A stretch of 45,455 bases of DNA, counting the filler, from Jimgerdemannia flammicorona (Eukaryota): the NCBI GenBank assembly GCA_003990765.1. It is 2 parts of 2 records of this genome, joined end to end, with 100 filler letters (N's around TTAATTAATTAA, not from the genome) between each part and the next. Parts side by side here need not be neighbours in the genome. Positions count along the whole stretch, not along the records: positions 22,782 to 45,455 come from RBNJ01001229.1; 1 more part is not named here. One strand, written 5' to 3'. Positions 23,456 through 33,046 of the stretch are shown here, one piece after another. A program made the translations under genes and the position numbers. Each line of letters begins with the position of its first letter. The stretch's first letter is position 1. The notes under the pieces were generated by a model. The model made no database searches, was not told the DNA's origin, and was given only the letters and a program-made list of their open reading frames with translations.

Positions 23456-25901
23456 CCCCCTCACCTGCTGGCCTTTACTCCATACCCAGTCTATTCCCTA
23501 TTACTACCCAAAAGTCCCCCAACATCTTGCACTCTCAGCCAGTGTTCTGGCATCTGCACCAGACCCCCAGCTCACCCTATATTGTAACACTCCTTACAAT
23601 CAAAACGGCCACCTTCTACTAGATGCCCAGTGTAGAAATTCAACATGACATTCCTCCGCAACATTTGCCACCATACTACCCAGAACTTGGGAGGAAGCTG
23701 TCTTCACACCTCAGCAGTCCATGACCAGATACCAGCCCAGTCCCACTTGCCAATCCCTACTGCCTGCCAGCCACTTGGCCAAAGATCTTGGCCCAGCCCC
23801 TGCTGACACTCTACTCTCTCCCCAATGTCAAATGTAGCAAGTAGAGCACCCCCCATGAGCAGTCTATCCCAACACCACATATTAGGCCCCCACATCACTT
23901 TCTCCTCATTGCTTTGCCAGCATAGGCTAATTTGGTGTGCTCCATCTACCACTCCCCACCAAAAGCCCTTGAACCATAGCTGCTGATTTCCATTCAGCCC
24001 CACCAGAGAGAGCAGATCTCCAGAGGACCCTCGAGGGGAGGTGCTCATCTCTCACACCTTCTGCAGCAGAGGCACCCAACCTCCACCCTGTAGTTCCACA
24101 GCTCTCTTCAACCACCAGACTCACAAGCAGTGCAGCCTCTTAGGGAAATCTACAAGGCCAAGACCTCCCCTGACCACTGGTCTCGCAAGAGTATTCCAAC
24201 TGACCTGAGATCTCCTCCTAGCCCAAATCCAATCTCTAGCCACCTTTGTCAGCCTCTTCACTATCTATGCTGGGAAGTTGAGTTGATAGGCCATGTACCA
24301 CAGCTTGGGGAACCAGTATATATTCAGAATTGATACCCACCCTGCTAGAGAGATATGGCAGCCTCCCCAACCTCGAAGGGCCCCCCCAAATGGCCACCCT
24401 GCTCTCCCACCACACTTGTGGCAAGACAGAACCATAAACAGAAAGGAAGATATCCAGATACTGCACCACCTCACTAGTAGGGACAATTGTTCCAATGACA
24501 TCTCCACCCACTAGCCTATTCTCTAGCACTATTGTCTCATACTTATGCCAGTTGAGCTTTGCCCCAGAGTGAGCCTTATACCACTCCACTGTCTCCTTAA
24601 GTGCCTCTACATCTGCCACAGACCCAAGTCCAACCACCATGTCATCAGCAAAGGCCCCCACCTTCCACACTATACTATATATAGAGAGCCCTACCACCTT
24701 TCGGTGAATCCTATCCATCAATGGCTCCAGCAAAAGAGCATAGAGAATAGGGGACAGAGGGTCCCCCTGAGGAACTCCTCTTCCCAAGGAAAATGCCCTC
24801 CTATAGTATTCATTATACATCAGCACTGCCTGACTACTTTCTAGTAGATTCAATATAGAGGCCCTAAATCTTGATAGAATACCAATTCAGTCCAACACCT
24901 TGCCCAGCCAAACCCACCATATATGGTCATAGACCTTCTCTTGGTCCAAAAAGACCAACCTTCCATCCAGTCCACAGACCTGGGCCCCTTCAATGACACC
25001 ATATACCCATGCAGTCCCATCTCTTATAAGTCTGCCCCCAACAAAGTCCCACTGCTCCTCCCCCAGCACCTGTTGGGCAACTTTCTGTAGCCTTGTGACA
25101 ATTACCTTAGTCACCATCTTTCTGTCTATATCCAGAAGCATGATTGGTCTCCAGTTCTTCCAGTCTTCCCTCCTCCCCTTGTCTTTGTACAATAAGGCTA
25201 CCAGCCCAAGGTCCTGCTCTCCAACCCACTCACCACTCTGAAGAATATGGTCACAGAGAGCAGCCATCTCACCCAAAACTCCAGGGACCTATACCATCTT
25301 CTTCCAGAAGTCCCATAGCAATCCATCCTCCCCTGGCACCATCCCAAGTTTAGTTGCTGCCAGGATACTCTGGATCTCCTCTCCTTGCACTGGTAAGATC
25401 AAGTCAAGGAGGAAGAAGGCCCAGCGGGAGCCAAGGGAGCGAACCCAGAGCCAGTATCAAAGCAAATGGAAGACATGTGGAAAAGTGTGTATAAGGGGGA
25501 TAAATAAAGAACATAACCAAAAATACATCAGCCATTTATTACCATGTAAAAACGTGGTCCTTATATACAAAATACAACGTCCCAAAAGGGAGGATGCACC
25601 ACAACTTGGAGCAAACTGGATTAGGAACCATATGACTGCTGGAGATAGGCAGAGATAAAGGGGGAGCCAATCCCAGTTGCAGGATAAAAATCACAAACAA
25701 ACACAAACAAAACAAATCCAAATCGAGATTAAAAAACATCCACAGACCCCAGAGAGGTGAGCATGAGTGAGGGGTGAGACCAAAATGGAGCGAGCTGCAG
25801 TGAGCCCAAGCAAAGTGAGGGGCCGAAGGCAGTGGAGGGGAGTGGAGTAAGGCTGAGACCCTGGAGTGAGCACGAGACCCCGGAGGGGGCAAGGATGTTT
25901 T

Positions 25902-27959
25902 TTAATCCTCTCCAGCAGAGCTGGAGGCACCAGAAGGTAACAAAAACACAAAACGAGAGCGATGGATTAAAGAAGAAATGGAAGGAAGATGCGAATGAGC
26001 AATCAGAGGGCATCGAGAAAGAGATGAAAGTCTATGGTATGAAAGAGAAGAGTGCAGGACAGTATCAGGGCATTGAGCAACCCAGCAAGCATGATCAAAT
26101 AGTATAACAAGAATCGGGGGTGGGAAAGAAGAGGGGGTACAGAGAGAGTAAGGGGGGAGGGAGGGAAGGGAGGGGGAGTAAAGAGGAGAGAGTAGGGAAG
26201 AGCAAACAACAGACCATTCAACAGAAGCAAGCAGATCATGAATGATAGAAATAGGGTAGGCACAATGATGGACCACGAAGTTGCCAAGAACCTGAACAGC
26301 AGACACCCAGTCAGAATGACAGGAGTAGCAAAGTGCAAGATGACAAACCTCACCATGAATACATTCAAGAAGAGTATGACGAGGATGATTGGACAAGAAG
26401 TCAGGGAACTGTTGGGAATGGGGAAAATGAGAATAAACAATAGTTTGGAAGGGAGAAAGAGAAATGGAAAGATCCAAAAAGGGAATACTAGTTATACTGC
26501 ACACCCAGTTAATAGAATGGTGGAGAGGATAGATGCCCAGAAACACACTAGGGATATCAATACCAGCAATAGCAAAGACAATAAAGTTATCAATATATCG
26601 GTGAAAGAAGATATCTCCAGCCCAGAATGTAATGGAAAGAGGTGAAGTAATATCACGTAATGCATGCAATTCATGGGACAGGCCAACAAGGTTGGCAAGG
26701 GTGGGGGTACAATTCATTTCCATAGCAATACCAGAAATCTGATGAAAGGAGCCAAGGGCTGACTCAAAATAAATAGAGTCACAGATGAGAAGCATGAGCT
26801 CTATAATGGAAGCCAGTGAAACTGGGGAATCCAAAGGAAAAACAATGGAGCCCAAGAAGCGAAGGCAAGCATCAATCTCATCAAAACGAATAGCAGTATA
26901 AAAGGAGGAGAAATCACCAGAGGCCAAATGGGAAAAACAGTGAACAGGTACAATGGTGGAGCAGAGAAGGGCGAGCTCCTGAGTATCACAAAGAATGGTA
27001 TACTCAGGTCCAAGACAGTGTTGTAAAAGAGCCATCCAGGAGAGAAAGAAGCAGGATAACCACTTCGAAATCTCAGTAGTAGGAGAACTGTAAGCAGCCA
27101 TAATGGGATGCCAAGCCAGAGTAGGCTTGTGAACTTTAGGAAGAGCATAGAAAACTGGAAGAGAAATATCCAGGGAGGATAAAGAGTCCTGGAAGAAGTT
27201 AAAAATGGGGTTTGCGAATAGGGAATCCAAAAGCGATCTGGCGTGAGCCAGAGAAACCCGAAGAAGAGTAAGAATCTCATCCAATCCAAGAGCACTAGGC
27301 TTGTAAGCCATGGCTCGAAGGAGGGCAGAAAGGCCATCAAGGTAGAGCAACTTAGGAATAAGTGCAAAACCCTGATTCTTATCAGTGACTGTGAGCAAAT
27401 GCATAGGCAATTGCTTGACTGATTTAAGTGCGGTACACACGGCACGGTCCAAAACCAAGCAAGAGCAAGCATGTCCAGGAATGGACAGCGAATAAGCCAT
27501 GTTGAGGAATATGCAGTATGAAGAGACATTGAAAGGGGGGACCCAATTGCTAGGAACAAAATAGTGAGAGGGCATCTTACCACAATCTTGAAAGAAAATG
27601 GCAAGGTCAAGAGCATGATGAAAACATGTGAGACGAGCCAGATTAGTGAAGGAGAATTGTAAGAGAGTCACAGGAAAAACAAAGCAAGGACCCAAGGATA
27701 AGGCAAAGACTTGAAGGGGAGAAAGGGGACAGTCAGCTGAAGAAAAAGGAGGAGACAAAAGAGTTCCAAGAGAAGAATAAACCTGAAAGTTTGGGACAAG
27801 CAACTGGGAAAGGCGAAGGGGGGACAATATGAGGAACCACTCAGGGCACACCAGAAGTGACAATGGAATCCGAGAAGGGATGGGGACACTGGGGGAGAAC
27901 TATACCGGGGGGAAGTTTAAGAGCAGGAGGCCTTCCCCTTCCCTCTGACTTTTTTTGAA
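25902..27959 (-). pseudogene. PLE reverse transcriptase (left copy)
   Basis: DKNQG, YALPKVHK...HPI, GDFSSFYTAI, QISGIAM, RYIDN (catalytic DD decayed), IPFLDL, SNHP. No GIY-YIG before the stop. Confidence 0.9.
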
Positions 27960-29132
27960 GGCGGCAAGTCTGACGAATGGGAGCACACCCCGTCAGAGTG
28001 CCAGACCTTGTGGCCACAGGCTTTCGTGCAGCCCTTACATTCAGGGGTATGGGTGGAGGAGGCAGAGGAGGAACTGGTGGAGGAGGCTGAAGGCAAGCAA
28101 GCAGCCGAAGGGGCAGCAGTATGAGGAACATCACCATGAGGACAGATGGACTTGGCCAGGTGCCAGTAGGCATGGTGGAGGCGACTGGAGCAGACAGTGC
28201 AAGGCCAGGCTCTGACAGGGTGAGAACCAAGTTGGCGGCCATGCTTGGGGGCAGGGGAAATGGAGGAAGAAGCCTTGGTGGGGGAGGGGGACCAGGAAGA
28301 GGCTGACGAAGCCTGATTGGGCTTGGCAGGGGTCTTGGCGGGGGTCTTGGAGGGGGCCTTGGTAGCGGCAGCAGTGAAGGAATGAACCTCAGCATGAGCA
28401 GCAGCACGAGCTTCGGTATGAATGGCCTTGGAGACTGAAACCTCAGGGAGGAAGGCAGGGAAGCAGTGGTGGTGGCACAAGCAGTGGTGGCAGCACATGA
28501 CATCTCCTGCTCATGAAGGCAAGCAACAAAGGAGGTGCTGGCAAGGAGGAAACGATGCACAGCATCGATGTCGGTGGCGACAGAAGGAACATCTTAGATG
28601 GCGAAGCCATAGAAGGGGGCGGCATCCAAAAGACAAGAGGAGGTGAAGGCCATGAAGGCAGCACAGGTATGGTGGAAGGAGGTAGAGACAGTAGCGGCAG
28701 AAGCAGTGGTGGCATCAGTAGCGGCAAGTTTGGTGGTAGCAGTAGCAGCACAAACCTCTTTAGAGAGGGCTTGGTGGCGGGCCTCAGGGAGAATGGAGTA
28801 GCAGATGATGGGTGGAGTGATGACATTGATGTCATGGTGGAGATGAGCCTCCTTGGCGGAGAGGGTAGAACCAACCAGAATTGGGAGAGGAGCAGATGAC
28901 CAGAGGGACAAAGGTCCAAGGGGAGGGAAAGGATGGCAGATGAGATATAAGTCTCAAACGAGACAGTAGTGGGGGTGAAGGTGGGGGGAGAGAGAGAAGG
29001 AAGCTCCTCATCCATGAGCTCGTCGATAAGGACAGAGACCCCGAGAGTAGGTGATATAGTAGAGAAGGAAAAAGGCCCAGCAGGAGCCAAGGGAGCGAAC
29101 CCAGAGCCAGTGTCAAAGTGAATAGAAGACAA
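27917..29132 (-). pseudogene. PLE ORF1 (left copy, frameshifted by decay)
   Basis: Pieces in ORFs 28443..29144, 28594..28911, 27841..28560 and 27917..28498. Ala/Ser/Pro-rich with a Cys/His C-terminus. Confidence 0.7.
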
Positions 29133-29382
29133 GTGGAAAAGCATATATAAGGGAGATGAACAAAGAATGTAACCGAAAATGCATCAGCCATTTATTGCCA
29201 CGTAAAAACATGGTCCTTATATACAAAATACAACATCCCAAAAGGGAGGATGCACCACAACTTGAGGTGAACCGAATTAGGAACCACATGACCACCAGAG
29301 ATAGATGGAGATAAAGGGGGAGCCAATCCCAGTTACAGGATAAAAATCACAAACAAACACAAACAAAACAAATCCAAATCGA

Positions 29383-29563
29383 GATTAAAAAACATCCTTG
29401 CCCCCTCCAGGGTCTTGCGCTTGCTCTGGGGTCTTGGCCTTACTCCGCTCCCCTCTGCTGCCTTTGGCCCCTTGCTTTGCTCGGGCTCACTGTGGCTTGC
29501 TCCATTTCGGCCTCACCCCTCACTCACACTCACCCCTCTGGGGTCTGCAGATGTTTTTTAATC
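29383..29563. repeat. 15-bp inverted repeat enclosing a 151-nt GC-rich spacer (also at 25727-25907 and 33041-33221)
   Basis: GATTAAAAAACATCC...GGATGTTTTTTAATC is perfect in both terminal copies, with one transition in the central copy. Confidence 0.92.
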
Positions 29564-29720
29564 TCGATTTGAATTTGTTTTGTTTGTATTTGTTTGTGAT
29601 TTTTATCCTGCAACTGGGATTGGCTCCCCCTTTATCTCTGCCTATCTCCAGCGGTTATGTAGTTCCTAATTCAGTTCACCTCAAGTTGTGGTGCATCCTC
29701 CCTTTTGGGATGTCATATTT

Positions 29721-29755
29721 TATATATAAGGACCGCATTTTTACGTGGCAATAAA
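29721..29755 (+). promoter_or_regulatory. TATA-like box and AATAAA in the PLE terminal repeat
   Basis: TATATAAG and AATAAA upstream of the ORF1 start, conserved in all four repeat copies. Confidence 0.4.
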
Positions 29756-29813
29756 TGGCTGATACATTTTCAGTTACGTTCTTTGTTCATCCCCCTTATA
29801 CATGCTTTTCCAC

Positions 29814-31031
29814 ATATCTTCTGTTCGCTTTGACACTGGCTCTGGGTTTGCTCTCTTGGCTCCTGCTGGGCCTTCTTCCTCTTCTGCTGTACTGCCTGCC
29901 CTTGGGGCCTCTGTCCTCATCAACAAGCTCATGGATGAGGAGCTTCCTCCTCCCCCTCCCCCTGCCTTCACTCCCGCCACTGTCTTGTTTGAGACTTACA
30001 TCTCATCTGCCATCCTTTCCCTCCCCTTGGACCTTCATCCCTCTAGTCATCTGCTCCTCTCTCAATTCCGGTCAGTTCTTGCCCTCTCCACCAAGGAGGC
30101 TCATCTCTACTGTGATGTTGACATCATCACTCTGCCTGCTGTCCACTACTCTGTTCTCCCTGAGGCCTGCCGCCAAGCCCTCTCTGAAGAGGTTTGTGCC
30201 GCCACTGCTGCTGTCAAACTTGCTGCTGCTGATGCCGCCACTGCTTCTGTCACTGCTGCCTCCACCTCCTTCCACTGTACCTGTACTGCCTTCATGGCCT
30301 TCACCTCCTCTCACCTTTCAGATACTGCCCTCTTCTGTGGCTTTACCATCTAAGACATTCCTTCTGTTGCCACCAACATCGATGCTGTGTGTTGTTTCCT
30401 CCTCGCTGGCACCTCCTTTGTTGCTCACCTTCATGAGCAGGAGATGTCACATGCTGCCGCCACTGCTTGTGCTGCTGCCACTGCTCCCCTGCCTTCCTCC
30501 CCTGAGGTTTTGGTCTCTGAGGCCATTCATGCCAAAGCTCATACTGCTGCTCATACTAAGGTTTGTTCCTTCACTGCTGCTGCCATCAAGGTCCTCTCCA
30601 AGACCCCTGCCAAGACCCCCGCTAAGCCCAATTAGGCTTCGTCAGTCTCTTCCTGGTCCCCCTCCCCTGCCAAGGCTTCTTTCTCTATTCCCCCTGCCCC
30701 CAAGCATGGCCGCCAACTTGGTTCTCGCCCTGTCAGGGCCTGGCCTTGTGCTGTCTGCTCCAGTCGCCTCCACTGTGCCTACTGGCACCTGGCCAAGTCC
30801 ATCTATCCTCATGGTAGTGTTCCTCGCACTGCTGCCCCTTCGGCTGCTTGCTCGCCTTCGGCCTCCTCTGCCAGTTCCTCCTCTGCCTCCTCCACCCATG
30901 CCCCTGAATATAAGGGCTGCATGAAAGCCTGTGGCTGCAAGGTCTGGTACTCTGATGGGGTGTGCTCCTGTTCATCGGGCTTGCTACCTTCAAAAAAAGT
31001 CAGAGGGAAGGGGAAGGCCTCCCACTCTTAA
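29814..31031 (+). pseudogene. PLE ORF1 (~405 aa, right copy)
   Basis: Start is ATA here but ATG in the terminal-repeat copies (33472). In-frame pieces 29802..30353 and 30387..30635. Ends ...PSKKVRGKGKASHS-stop. Confidence 0.7.
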
Positions 31032-33046
31032 ACTTCCCCCTGGCATGGTTCTCCCCCAGTGTCTCTGTCCCTTCTCAGATTCTGTCATCACTTCTGGTGT
31101 GCCCTGAGTGGTTCCTCATATTGTCCCCCCTTCATCTTTCCCAGTTGCTTATCCCAAACTTTTGGGTTTATTCTTCTCTTGGAACTCTTTTGTCTCCTCC
31201 TTTTTCTTTGGCTGACTGCCCCCTTTCTCTCCTTCAAGTCTTTGCCTTATCCTTGGGTCCTCACTTTGTTTTTCCTGCAACTCCCTCACAATTCTCCTTC
31301 ACTGATCCAGCTCATCTCACACATTTTTGTCATGCTCTTGACCTTGCCATTTTCTTTCAAGATCATGGTGAGATACCCTCTCGCTATTTTGTTCCTAGCA
31401 ATTGGGTCCCCCCTCCCAATTTCTCTTCACACTGTGTATTCCTCGACATGGCTTGTTTGCTGTCCATTCCAGGATGTGCTTGCTCTTGCTTGGTTTCAGA
31501 CTGTGCTGTGCATACCATGCTTAAATCGGTCAAGAAATTTCCTATGCATTTGCTCACAGTCACTGATAAGAATCAGGGTTTTGCACTTATTCCTAAGTCA
31601 CTCTACCTTGATGGCCTTTCTGCCCTCCTTTGAGCCATGGCTTATGAGCCTAGTGCTCTTAGATTGGATGAGATTCTTACTCTTCTTCAGGTTTCTCTGG
31701 CTCGTGCCAGATCGCTTTTGAATTCCCCATTCGCGAACCCCATTTTTAACTTCTTCCAGGACTCTTTATCCTCTCTGGATATTTCTCTTCTGGTTTTCTA
31801 TGCTCTTCCTAAAGTTCACAAGCCTACTCTGGCTTGGCATCCCATTATGGCTGCTTATAGTTCTCCTACCACCGAGATTTCGAAGTGGTTATCTCGCTTC
31901 TTTCTCTTCTAGATGGCTCTCTTACAACACTATCTTGGGCCTGAGTATACTATTCTTTGTGATACTCAGGAGCTTGCCCTTCTCTGCTCCACCATTGTGC
32001 CTGTTCACTGTTTTTCCCATTTGGCCTCTGGTGATTTCTCCTCCTTTTATACTGCTATTTGTTTTGATGAGATCAATGCTTGCCTTCACTTCTTGGGCTT
32101 CATTGTTTTTTCTTTAGATTCCCCAGTTTCACTGACTTCCATCATAGAGCTCATGCTCCTCATCTGCAGCTCTAATTATTTTGAGTTGGCCCCTGGCTCC
32201 TTTCATCAGATTTCTGGTATTGCTATGGGAACGAATTGTGCCCCCACCCTTACCAACCTTGTTGGCCTGGCCCATGAATTGCATGTGTTATATGATATTA
32301 CTTCACCTCTTTCCATTGTGTTCTGGGCTGGGGATATCTTCTTTCGCCAATATATTGATGACTTTATTGTCTTTGCTGTTGCTGGTATTAATATTCCTAG
32401 TGTGTTCCTGGGCATCTACCCTCTCTACCATTCTATTAACTGGGTGTGCAGTATGACTAGTATTCCCTTTTTAGACCTTTCCATTTCTCTTTCTCCCTTC
32501 CGAACTGTTGTTTATTTCTGTTTTCCCCATTCCCAACAGTTCCCTGACTTCTTGTCCAATTATCCTCATTGTACTCTTCTTGAATACATTCATGGTGAGG
32601 CTCATCATCTTGCACTTTGCTGCTCCCATCATTCTGACTGGGTGTCTGCTGTTCGGGTTCTTGGCAACTTCATGGCCCATCATTGTGCCTACCCTATTTC
32701 TATTATTCGTGATCTGCTTGCTTCTGTTGAATGGTCTGTTGTTCACTCTTCCCTACTCTCTCCTCTTTACCCCCCCTCCCTTCCCTCCCTCCCCCCTTAC
32801 CCTCTCTATACCCCCTCTTCTTTTCCACCCTCGATTCTTGTTGTACCATTTGATTGTGCTTGCTGGGTTACTCAATGCCCTGATACCATCCTGCGCTTTT
32901 CTCTTTCATGCCATGGACTTTCATCTCTTTCTCAATGCCCTCTGATTGCTCATTCGCATCTTCCTTCCATTTCTTCTTTAATCCATCACTCTCATTTTGT
33001 ATTTTCATCACCTTCTGGTGCCTCTGGCTCTGCTGGAGAGGATTAA
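30989..33046 (+). pseudogene. PLE reverse transcriptase (right copy)
   Basis: In-frame ORFs 30962..31633, 31637..31912 and 31913..33046 are separated by single stops. GIAMGTNCAP, YIDD, PFLDL. Confidence 0.9.

Larger units (their letters stand above)
25407..29397 (-). mobile_element. Endonuclease-less Penelope-like element, left arm
   Basis: Reverse complement of 29549-33543: ORF1, RT and a 3' terminal repeat at 25407-25907. Confidence 0.9.

Noticed and set aside
29383..29885. Hammerhead ribozyme in the PLE terminal repeat
   Set aside because: No CTGANGA...GAAA core seen on either strand; the nearest is CTGATGC/CTGATAC.
29755..30924. 389-aa Leu/Pro-rich ORF as a real membrane protein
   Set aside because: Alternative frame over ORF1 on a pyrimidine-rich strand that rarely forms stops. 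The ORF1 frame has the ATG in terminal copies and links to the RT.
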